Notes: generated by a model from the sequence alone, not told the origin. A stretch of 64,000 nucleotides of DNA from Patescibacteria group bacterium (GCA_041645555.1 JBAZPX010000004.1:10334-74333); one strand, 5' to 3'. Positions 34,734-42,684 are shown, numbered from the stretch's first letter. Numbers and translations: made by a program.

Positions 34734-35747
34734 TTATAACGTCGTAATCGGCCGAGACTGGGTAATATAAAATTTTCCTTTTTCCAAAGCCCACTCTATA
34801 TCCTGCGGCTTTTTATAATGCTTTTCAATCTTGGCGCAAAGTTTAGCCAGCTCTATAATTTCCTTACCGGTTAAAGTCTGCTTGCCCTGGTCCGCTTTCG
34901 GAACTTTCTTCCAGATATTTCCGCCCCGCATGTTTTGCACCAGCATTTTTTCCTGCTCGGAGACGTTTATATCAGACAAGCTAAAATCCCGTTTATCAAT
35001 TACATAAGTGTCTGGGGTAATTTGGCCGGAGACGATGGCTTCGCCTAAGCCATACCCGGCTTCAATTACCATCTGGTTTCTGTCTTTCGTAATCGGATGG
35101 ACCGTAAAGCAAATTCCGGAAATTTCCGACTGGACCATTTTCTGAATTACCACGGCCACTGACACTTTCTGGTCAACCATTTTTTTTTCAAAGCGGTAAA
35201 AAATCGCCCGCGGGGTAAAAAGAGACGACCAGCATTTTTTCACGTTGGTAAGCAATCCTTTTTCTTCGGTATTAAGATAAGTTTCCAACTCTCCGGCCCA
35301 GGAAGCGATAGAAGAATCTTCGGCCGTGGCTGAAGACCTGACGGCCACGTACTTAGCTTTAAGTTTTTTAAACTCAGTTGTAATTTCCTTAGCCAGTGGT
35401 CCCGGAATCATCGTGTCCTGCATAATATCGCGGATAACGTTTGAAGCCTGGTCAATGGAATTAGTGTCGTCGTAATTCACTTTGGAAATCTGGGCTTCTA
35501 TATCCAAGCCGGTTTCAGAGGCCGGAGACTTTGGCGTGTTAACCATGAAATAATCAAAAGCCGGAGCCAAAATTACGAATCCAGGTGGAACCGGGTTTGA
35601 TTTAGCCTGCCCGCCGCCCGCCTGCCGGCGAGGCAGGAAGAGGTGGGTCATTTCCCCTAAAGAAGCGCCTTTGCCTCCAGCAATCCCAACATTTTTTTTG
35701 CTAATTTTAGAGAAATCTTTAATAAATTCCTGTTTTTTCCTTGACAT
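34734..35747 (-). CDS. stand-alone PEP/pyruvate-binding ATP-grasp domain protein (PPDK_N, N-terminal module of PEP synthase/RPH-type dikinases)
   Basis: VGIAGGKGASLGEM..VPPGFVI..VAVRSSATAEDS..SFAG-like..QDIEWALEKGKFYITQSRPIT. No swivel or PEP-binding TIM-barrel domain in this ORF. Confidence 0.8.
   Translation of the reverse strand: MSRKKQEFIKDFSKISKKNVGIAGGKGASLGEMTHLFLPRRQAGGGQAKSNPVPPGFVILAPAFDYFMVNTPKSPASETGLDIEAQISKVNYDDTNSIDQASNVIRDIMQDTMIPGPLAKEITTEFKKLKAKYVAVRSSATAEDSSIASWAGELETYLNTEEKGLLTNVKKCWSSLFTPRAIFYRFEKKMVDQKVSVAVVIQKMVQSEISGICFTVHPITKDRNQMVIEAGYGLGEAIVSGQITPDTYVIDKRDFSLSDINVSEQEKMLVQNMRGGNIWKKVPKADQGKQTLTGKEIIELAKLCAKIEKHYKKPQDIEWALEKGKFYITQSRPITTL
35605..35649. repeat. GC-rich hairpin stretch inside the ATP-grasp CDS
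   Basis: gcctgcccgccgcccgcctgccggcgaggcagg, with hairpin cctgcc-ggcga-ggcagg. It encodes LPRRQAGGGQA between the conserved GEM and VPPGF blocks. Confidence 0.5.
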
Positions 35748-35779
35748 AATGTTTAAAGTATGATATGATTAAATATTAG
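35740..35779 (+). promoter_or_regulatory. sigma70-type promoter, cassette B (40-nt copy identical to 33799-33838)
   Basis: TTGACA (35741-35746), 17-nt spacer, TATGAT (35764-35769). The -35 box overlaps the ATG (35745-35747) of the divergent ATP-grasp gene. Confidence 0.65.
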
Positions 35780-35881
35780 TATATTTTGTTTTTTACAATT
35801 CGCAATCGTAATAATAGCAACAAAACCAGTAGCAAAAACCACAACCGCTGGTAAATTGCCGGCAAAACCAAGGAGGAAACC

Positions 35882-36439
35882 TTGAAGAAGAGACTGCAAA
35901 TTCGTAGACACACCGACAAGAACGGCGAGCAGGCCAGCCAGGCCGGACTTGGCCGTTTCCGCCACGAAAATCTCGTCGACGCTCCCAAAACCGTCACCGA
36001 TGTTTTCTGTGGCTCCCATCTCAGCCGAACCGCCCAGACCGCCCTCGGTGCCTGTTGCGCCAACGGCATCAAGGCCTGTGTCCATGAAGCCGATCCGAGA
36101 TTCGGCACCTCCGAGATGTTCGACGGCTGGAAAGCCAGAGGGCTCCTCGACAAAGTCAAGGCAGCCGGAAGCCTGTACGCCGCGCTCCTGCTGATTCTCG
36201 ACGAGAAGGAACTCGACCTGGTTCGGACCGCCCTCAAGAACGCGACCGAAGAGGCCTTCTGCAAGATCGAAGATGATGGACACGGGCTCATCTTCCACCA
36301 TTCGCCCTTGGTGGAACTGACCGCCACGATCTTCGGCTATCCCGCCGAAACCCTCAAGCTCGCTTCCTGCGAGGGGATCATGCTTGAACAGGACGATGAC
36401 GGCGACATCACCGTCACCGGAATCCTTTACGCCGCCTGA
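35882..36439 (+). CDS. GC-rich Cys/His-rich protein of unknown family, paralog B (185 aa)
   Basis: SD ccaaggagga plus a TTG start. Same conserved blocks as paralog A, plus a ~30-aa internal insertion. Confidence 0.7.
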   Translation: MKKRLQIRRHTDKNGEQASQAGLGRFRHENLVDAPKTVTDVFCGSHLSRTAQTALGACCANGIKACVHEADPRFGTSEMFDGWKARGLLDKVKAAGSLYAALLLILDEKELDLVRTALKNATEEAFCKIEDDGHGLIFHHSPLVELTATIFGYPAETLKLASCEGIMLEQDDDGDITVTGILYAA

Positions 36440-36461
36440 TCCCTCGGCACAACATCATGAA

Positions 36462-36517
36462 GACCGATTCTTCTAAGCAAGAAACATTTGCTTTAGGAGA
36501 CTCGGTCCTTTTTTTTT
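36462..36517 (+). terminator. long-stem intrinsic terminator, cassette B
   Basis: gaccgattcttctaagcaa-gaaacat-ttgctttaggagactcggtc followed by ttttttttt. The loop region is similar to the cassette A terminator. Confidence 0.75.
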
Positions 36518-36530
36518 ATCCAAACACCGC

Positions 36531-37028
36531 ACCTCACCCCCCGTCCAAACTACCTCACCCCCGACCCCTCCCCTAGTCAGGGGAGGGGGAATTAAATAAA
36601 TCTTTTCTGATTTTATTTAAAACTGCTTCTATATTATTCTCAACTTCTTTATTTTTAAATCTTATAATTTTATAGCCGGCTTGCTTTAAGATATCTTCTC
36701 TAATTAAGTCCACTTCTTTTATCTCCCTTTTATTATGAACTCCGCCGTCAATTTCTATTATCAATCTTTTTTGGGGACAATAAAAATCAATAATAAAATT
36801 ATAAACTCCCAAAACCAATGGCTCCTGCCGCCTAAATCTAAAGCCTAATTTTCCATCCCCTAGTTCTCTCCAAAGTATTTTTTCGGCTTTGGTCATATCC
36901 TGCCGAAGCGCTTTAGCTATATATAATATTTTTGTATTTCCCGACATATAGATATCATCTCCCCCGGCCCCTCTCCTGACTAGGAGAGGGGAAGCGATCC
37001 GCCAGCTGGCGGAGAGACGGGGTGAGGT
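36531..37028. mobile_element. DUF559 endonuclease gene unit bounded by inverted GC-rich ends (putative selfish element)
   Basis: acctcacccc (36531-36540) is the exact reverse complement of ggggtgaggt (37019-37028). Internal palindromes cccctcccc-tagtca-ggggagggg (36565-36588) and cccctctcctgac/taggagagggg (36968-36991). Confidence 0.45.
36573..36947 (-). CDS. DUF559 (Vsr/restriction-endonuclease-like) domain protein
   Basis: ORF trimmed to MSGNTKILY. LR...T.AE..LW..L......FRRQ....Y..DFYC....L.IE.DG..H, then IIRF.N.EV. Confidence 0.7.
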   Translation of the reverse strand: MSGNTKILYIAKALRQDMTKAEKILWRELGDGKLGFRFRRQEPLVLGVYNFIIDFYCPQKRLIIEIDGGVHNKREIKEVDLIREDILKQAGYKIIRFKNKEVENNIEAVLNKIRKDLFNSPSPD

Positions 37029-37041
37029 GCGGGCCGTAAAA

Positions 37042-37977
37042 TCACCCAACAATCGAAATTTTCGTTCCATCAATCACAACCTCATCTCCATTTTTTAAAA
37101 TCTTAGTCGCATTTTTAACGTTCACCAGGCAGGGTTTTTTTGCCTCCCGCGCCAAAGTCGCGACGTGGCAGGTCAAACTTCCTCTTTCTATAATAAAGCC
37201 AGAGATATGGCTGCGCAAGGTCGGCAATAATTTCATATCTGAATCAGGCAAAACTACAATATCTCCTTTAACAACTTTATTTTTATCTTTAGCGGTTTTT
37301 ATAATTCTAACTTTGCCTTTGGCCTTGCCGGGTGCGGCCAAAACTCCGGATAACTCTTTAAAAGGACTAGCCCTTAATTCTTTCTCCAATTCTTTTTTCA
37401 TATTTTTAAAATCTTTTATTAAAATGGTTTTTATGCCCATTCTTTTAGCGTCAATCAAATTACTCTCATTATCATCTATATAAATTACTTCTTCCGGTTT
37501 TACCTTAAACCTTTTTAAGACTAACCTCAAGGTCTCTTCGCTCGCTTTAGGCAAATTAAGCTCCCAGGTATTGATAATATTTTTAAATATTTTTTTTAAA
37601 CCAAATTTTTTTGTTACGTCCGCCAGCTGGCTGCGGGTATTTTTGGAAAGAAGCAAGGTCTTATAACCCCCTTTATTAAGCTCCCGATTTAATTTAACCG
37701 TTTCTTTATTAAGTTTCATTAAGCTATAATGCAATTTTTTAATTTCCGGCAGAGAAATCGGCAATTTAAAATAATCAATCGGTTCAAGCCAGGCTTGTTT
37801 CTGCGTGATCTTCCTGGTGGCAGCTAAATTCATATATTTATGATAAAAAACCTTGTGGTAATCCTGCCAGCGGCCGCCGAATTCCTTAGCCAAAGCTTTG
37901 GCGGTATTGGGATAACCCTCATTTAAAACTAAACCATAGCAATCAAAAATAATAAGCTTTATTTTATTCTTTCCCAT
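37042..37977 (-). CDS. HAD-like hydrolase fused to a PEP-utilising phosphohistidine swivel domain
   Basis: HAD motifs IIFDCYG, LLLSKNT and YIDDNESN. C-terminal GSLTCHVATLAREAKKPCLV. Confidence 0.7.
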   Translation of the reverse strand: MGKNKIKLIIFDCYGLVLNEGYPNTAKALAKEFGGRWQDYHKVFYHKYMNLAATRKITQKQAWLEPIDYFKLPISLPEIKKLHYSLMKLNKETVKLNRELNKGGYKTLLLSKNTRSQLADVTKKFGLKKIFKNIINTWELNLPKASEETLRLVLKRFKVKPEEVIYIDDNESNLIDAKRMGIKTILIKDFKNMKKELEKELRASPFKELSGVLAAPGKAKGKVRIIKTAKDKNKVVKGDIVVLPDSDMKLLPTLRSHISGFIIERGSLTCHVATLAREAKKPCLVNVKNATKILKNGDEVVIDGTKISIVG

Positions 37978-37979
37978 AA

Positions 37980-39533
37980 TTATTTAATAATTCTTACTAA
38001 ACCCTTGTCCGCGTCCACCTCTACCCTATCTCCATCTTTTAAAACTTTAGTGGCGATTTTCGTCCCGACCACGCAGGGAATTTTTAATTCCCGAGCCACA
38101 ATCGCCGCGTGGCAGGTCAAGCCGCCGATATTAGTGACAATGGCCGCGGCTTTTTTCATAGCCGGCACCAAGGCCGGATAAGTGGTTTCCGAAAGCATAA
38201 TGTCCCCTGGCTTCATTTTCGGCATATCTTCAATCGTTTCTATAATTTTTACTATTCCCCGGGCTTTGCCAGGAGAAGCGGTCTGGCCGGAAAGCTCATT
38301 AACTTTCTTAATTTTTTCTTTCTCCCACTTCGTCTTTTTTAAAAAATCATGCGCCCTTTTCCCGGAATAAACATAAACTTTTTTCCAGGTGCCGTGCATA
38401 ACAGAAAATTTAGGTCTTTCGTCCAGGTCCCTGGTGTTAAATTTACCAGCCAGGAGCGCTTCCCCAAACTCTTCCCTGGTCATAAATTCCGCCTGCTTGT
38501 AGCTTATAAACAACCGCCGGGCAATTTCTTTAACAAACTGGTTGGCCACATAAGCGCCAAAATACATGCAATCCTTGCGGTAAGCTTTCAGCCAGACAAT
38601 ATAGCGGGCCTCCCTAAAAAGTTCTTCGCGCTTGGCATCAAATTTTAATTTAGCCAGAAAATTTTTCTGCTCTTTTTTTAGCTTGCTATATTTAACTTCT
38701 GATTCTTTAAGATACTCTCTAGTTTTTCCTTCCCGAATAAGGCCTCGCCAAACCTCAAGGAAATAATCAAATTCCAAAATCGGCCCGCGATAATTATAAT
38801 GAAGCCAAAACCATTTTTTCTGATGATTTTCTATCTTTTTAAATAAAGCTGGTTTTTGCTTTTTAAGCTCCTTCTCTATTTTAAAAACGTCATCATTCTT
38901 CTTAAAAGTCAGAGCGGCTTTTTTATCTTTAGAAATTTCATAAGCCATTTTTAGGCTTTCCTGATTTTCAATTTCTACAAAACTGGGGCGTAAGGGCGTG
39001 GTAACAAGAGGAAAAACGCTGGACGGCTCAAGCTTTAATTTATCTTTTTTAATTTTGTCTTTTAAATAATTAAAAAGGTAATTGGAAAATAACTGGTAAT
39101 CGGCATCAATCAGCCAGGTCGTGGCCTGGCCGAAGCCGTGGCTTCTGATCTGCAATTCAAGCAACCGGTCAAATTTTTTTATCAACTGTGCGTCGGATAA
39201 TTTTTTTAAATTAAAATTCAATAAAGATTTAGAAAAAAGCAAATATTCTTTGGCAAAAATTTCCACATTCCTATTCATCTTTGCCAGCCAGGGCAAATCC
39301 GTTGTCGCTTTGAAAAAAATATTTTTTACCATTTTATCAAATTCTCTCCGCACGTAACAAAGATTAAAAACCCCGTCTCTTATCACCCAAATTAGCTGCT
39401 TGAGAGCGTCTCCCAACCCTTGTTGCTTCAAACGTCTGCCATAATCAATAAAAACATTATAGGTCATAATATAATTAGCATCCGGAATTCTTTCCGCCAC
39501 AAACCAGATGGTTTGTTTCTTGTTTTTTGCCAT
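37980..39533 (-). CDS. unknown helical domain fused to a C-terminal PEP-utilising swivel domain
   Basis: 517 aa. C-terminus PGKARGIVKII..MKPGDIML..GGLTCHAAIVARELKIPCVVGT. Confidence 0.7.
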   Translation of the reverse strand: MAKNKKQTIWFVAERIPDANYIMTYNVFIDYGRRLKQQGLGDALKQLIWVIRDGVFNLCYVRREFDKMVKNIFFKATTDLPWLAKMNRNVEIFAKEYLLFSKSLLNFNLKKLSDAQLIKKFDRLLELQIRSHGFGQATTWLIDADYQLFSNYLFNYLKDKIKKDKLKLEPSSVFPLVTTPLRPSFVEIENQESLKMAYEISKDKKAALTFKKNDDVFKIEKELKKQKPALFKKIENHQKKWFWLHYNYRGPILEFDYFLEVWRGLIREGKTREYLKESEVKYSKLKKEQKNFLAKLKFDAKREELFREARYIVWLKAYRKDCMYFGAYVANQFVKEIARRLFISYKQAEFMTREEFGEALLAGKFNTRDLDERPKFSVMHGTWKKVYVYSGKRAHDFLKKTKWEKEKIKKVNELSGQTASPGKARGIVKIIETIEDMPKMKPGDIMLSETTYPALVPAMKKAAAIVTNIGGLTCHAAIVARELKIPCVVGTKIATKVLKDGDRVEVDADKGLVRIIK

Positions 39534-39542
39534 ATCAAAAAA

Positions 39543-41420
39543 TTAACTCTTTTTTAATATTTTTACTAAGCCCTTATCCGCATCCACCTCTACTATATCC
39601 CCATCTTTTAAAACTTTAGTGGCGATTTTCGTGCCGATAACGCAGGGGGTATTTATCTCCCGGGCGACAATCGCGGCGTGCGAAGTTACTCCGCCCTGGT
39701 CTGTGACAAAAGCCGCGGCTTTTTTCATGGCCGGCAATAAATCCGGCTGGGTGGAGATGGAAACTAAAATATCTCCCGGTTTCATCTTCCCCATATCACG
39801 AATTACATTTATAATTCGAACCACTCCTTTGGCATACCCCCTGGCCCCGCATTGGCCCTTTATTTCCGAGACCTCCTTTATTTCATCTGGCTCTATATAT
39901 TTTACTATTTTTTTGGCCTCCTCGCCACTATAGAAAAGATGCTCACCCTTAGCCGTGTAATAAACGGAAAAGTTAACTCTTTTTTTTATCTCTCCTTTAT
40001 CTAAAACACCGCTAAATAAACCGTTATAAATTTCTTCGCTGGTCATGAACTTTACCTCCTTTAAGGAGAGACCCAGGCGCCGGCCAATTTCGGAAAGCAC
40101 CGGCACCATCCGATAAATAGCAAAAATCTGGGCATAGCGCCGATAAATTTTTGTTACCATAAACTCGCCCCAGGCGTTAAAAAATTTCAGGAGCCGGCCT
40201 TCTATTTTTAATTTTTTAATCAGCAATTCCCGCTCGAGCCAGTCCTTTTTCCGTTTAGCCTCGCTTTCCTTAAATGCCTTGGCCAAATTATTATTATTGC
40301 TGACCAACCTCACTAAAGCTTTTAAATAATGCTCGAGGCTATAAATGCCCTGCTCTTCGGTAAAGAGAAATTTAGTATAAAAATATTTAGTATAATGGCT
40401 TTCCAAATCGTCTAATATGTCCTTTCTGATTTTGCCTTTCAACTGCCTTACTTTTTCTTCAAATTTCTCTTCGTATTCGGGGCTGTGGGCGTATAAATCG
40501 AATTTCTTTACTTCCTCGTCCTTGAATCTTTTAAAAAGTTCCCTGAATAAATTAAGCTGCTTTTTATCTTCCTGAATTTTGATGCCTATTTTTATAAGAT
40601 CATTTTCTTCTATCGCGAGCAAAGATAATTTTTCCGGCTGGGCAAGAATTACTAAGCTCTGGCCGATATTTTTTTCCGATACCCCCAGGCCGGTTAAGAT
40701 TTTTTCTCCCCGGCCGGTTAAATTATTAGAAAACATATCCGCTGCGACCGGAATCCAGCCCCATTGGTAATATTCGGTATGGATGTCTTCATGGCCCTTA
40801 TACAAATTCCAAAGCTCCTTATCGGATAATTTTCCCAAATTATCTTCGGGCAGTTTAGAAACATACTGCCGGAGCTTATCAGAATGATTGACAATTTCTT
40901 TATTGACCTTGTCCATAAAATCCTGATCGCTCTCGAATTTATCAACCAGATGCTCCCCCACTTCATAAGCGTCTTTTTTATCATAATAAAACCAGAGATT
41001 GTATTTCTTATGGACCGAGACCACTTTTTTATAAGCCCGGCCGCCCGGAGAAGCAAATTCATCCACGAAACAGTTGGCAAATATTTGGTAAAAAAACGGG
41101 TCAGTATTCTTTAATTCTTCGGCCAGCAGCCACTCGGTCTCAAATTTACTTTTTGAGTCACCGGCCCTGTTTTTATTAAATAAATTTATCAGCTCTTTCG
41201 CGGAGTTAAAATTAGAATTTAGGCCATAATATTTTTTATTGCCTTTGCTAATTACTTTTATTACTTCCTCTCGGGCTAATTTCGTAAGCTCCCTGGTAAT
41301 ATTAGCCGGGTCTTTGCTTAACTTTGAGGCAATCTCTGATAAATAAAAAGTCTTGCCTTGATTTTGGGTTAATAAATCAAGGATTTCGTAAGAAGTTTTG
41401 GATTTAAATAAATTTTTCAT
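39543..41420 (-). CDS. winged-HTH domain plus unknown helical domain plus C-terminal PEP-utilising swivel domain
   Basis: ORF trimmed to MKNLFKSK. N-terminal wHTH (YLSEIASKLSKDPANITRELTKL). C-terminal GGVTSHAAIVAREINTPCVIGT. Confidence 0.7.
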   Translation of the reverse strand: MKNLFKSKTSYEILDLLTQNQGKTFYLSEIASKLSKDPANITRELTKLAREEVIKVISKGNKKYYGLNSNFNSAKELINLFNKNRAGDSKSKFETEWLLAEELKNTDPFFYQIFANCFVDEFASPGGRAYKKVVSVHKKYNLWFYYDKKDAYEVGEHLVDKFESDQDFMDKVNKEIVNHSDKLRQYVSKLPEDNLGKLSDKELWNLYKGHEDIHTEYYQWGWIPVAADMFSNNLTGRGEKILTGLGVSEKNIGQSLVILAQPEKLSLLAIEENDLIKIGIKIQEDKKQLNLFRELFKRFKDEEVKKFDLYAHSPEYEEKFEEKVRQLKGKIRKDILDDLESHYTKYFYTKFLFTEEQGIYSLEHYLKALVRLVSNNNNLAKAFKESEAKRKKDWLERELLIKKLKIEGRLLKFFNAWGEFMVTKIYRRYAQIFAIYRMVPVLSEIGRRLGLSLKEVKFMTSEEIYNGLFSGVLDKGEIKKRVNFSVYYTAKGEHLFYSGEEAKKIVKYIEPDEIKEVSEIKGQCGARGYAKGVVRIINVIRDMGKMKPGDILVSISTQPDLLPAMKKAAAFVTDQGGVTSHAAIVAREINTPCVIGTKIATKVLKDGDIVEVDADKGLVKILKKS

Positions 41421-41640
41421 ATTAATTCGGATGAGCGCAATTTGTAGAATGCGCATTTAATACTTATTTTTGTTTAATAAACAATAATTTTTGTCTATTA
41501 AACATAATACCTCTCTTCTCGCCTAAATGTCAAGACCGAAAAAGGAACTTGACTTCTATTAAAGATTAAGTTAATATCAAACTATTAAATCATTAAAGGC
41601 AGTCTATATTTCTAGCTCTCTAGGAAGCTGCAAAATAATT

Positions 41641-42021
41641 ATGTTGATAATAAGATTATCAAGAATCGGAAAAAAGAATAAGCCGATGTATCGCTTAATA
41701 ATATCGGAAAAGAGCCGCGATTTATACGGCCAGTCTTTAGAAATTCTGGGCTCTTATAACCCCCATAGCAAGGAATTACAAGCCAAGGCGGAAAGAATAA
41801 ACTATTGGCTGGGTAAAGGCGCCGGCATGTCTCCCACAGTTAATAATCTCCTAATTGAAAAGGGGATAATTAAAGGTGAAAAAATCAAAGCTTCTAAAGC
41901 CGGGAAAAAGGGCGAGGCAGCCCCGGTTGCGGCTCAAACACCAAAAGAAATTAAGGAAGTAAAACCAGCAGAGGTAGAGGTGAAAGAAGAAAAGGGAACC
42001 GAGCCGGAAAAGACTGAATAA
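41641..42021 (+). CDS. rpsP: 30S ribosomal protein S16 with a Lys/Glu/Ala-rich C-terminal extension
   Basis: MLIIRLSRIGKKNKPMYRLII...LG.YNP........INYWL.KGA..S. Confidence 0.85.
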   Translation: MLIIRLSRIGKKNKPMYRLIISEKSRDLYGQSLEILGSYNPHSKELQAKAERINYWLGKGAGMSPTVNNLLIEKGIIKGEKIKASKAGKKGEAAPVAAQTPKEIKEVKPAEVEVKEEKGTEPEKTE

Positions 42022-42216
42022 GTAAACACCTATTGACAAATGTTTATAATGTGTTATAATAGTAATATCCTAGAACTTGCTGAATTTATATAAGGTCCCA
42101 CATCTTTCAAGAAAGATACGGGGCAAGCAAGCAGTAATAATTAACCGTGAGCTCTTTCAAATCTGACAGATACAAAAATGCGAGTTAATATCATTTACAG
42201 AGATTCAGTCTCTGCA

Positions 42217-42244
42217 TTCGCATGTCCCGCATTTGTAGTGCGGG
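42217..42244. repeat. hairpin motif ttcgcatgtcccgcatttgtagtgcggg (copy of 4487-4513)
   Basis: Near-identical to the copy downstream of the 3D-domain gene. This copy lies in the rpsP-khpA spacer. Confidence 0.6.
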
Positions 42245-42288
42245 TTGCCGAAGGCAATAACGTCAATTTGGAAGAAAAAGAAAAAACT

Positions 42289-42624
42289 ATGGCGAAAGTT
42301 GAACAAGACAAGGAGTTCTTGGAAATGATCGTAAAAACCATTGTCTCCAACCCTGACAAGGTAAAAGTGGAAAGGACAGTGGACGAAATGGGCGTTCTTT
42401 TGACCTTAAAAGTTGACCCGTCTGACATGGGTTACGTAATAGGTCGAAAAGGACAAACCGCTCAAGCAGTTAGAACTCTCTTAAAGATTGTCGGAGCTAA
42501 AAACAACGCTCGGGTCAATTTAAAAATTTTTGACCCAGAAGGAGCTCAAAGGCCAGCGGGTGGCAGAAGGGATTCCAGAAGCGCTGACATTGATACTTCA
42601 TCTGTTGATGATTTAAAAATCTAA
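42289..42624 (+). CDS. khpA: KH-domain RNA-binding protein KhpA with a C-terminal extension
   Basis: ORF trimmed to MAKVEQDKEF. VDPSDMGYVIGRKGQTAQAVRTLLK. Sits in the rpsP-khpA-trmD order typical of this operon. Confidence 0.8.
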   Translation: MAKVEQDKEFLEMIVKTIVSNPDKVKVERTVDEMGVLLTLKVDPSDMGYVIGRKGQTAQAVRTLLKIVGAKNNARVNLKIFDPEGAQRPAGGRRDSRSADIDTSSVDDLKI

Positions 42625-42645
42625 AACAAAATTAGATAGATAAAC

Positions 42646-42684
42646 AAAAAACCACAACTTCTTAGCTAGTGGTTTTTTGTTTTA
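42646..42684 (+). terminator. intrinsic terminator after khpA
   Basis: aaaaaccac-(13-nt loop)-gtggtttttt followed by gtttt. Confidence 0.55.

Noticed and set aside
33799-36517. Whether the two similar G+C-rich segments are the template and variable repeats of a diversity-generating retroelement
   Set aside because: Differences between the copies are not adenine-specific and are spread over the whole ORF with indels. No reverse transcriptase gene is nearby.
33799-36517. Whether the G+C-rich segments are large structured non-coding RNAs, since GC-rich islands in AT-rich genomes often are
   Set aside because: The codon-position pattern of substitutions and the conserved SD and start argue for protein coding.
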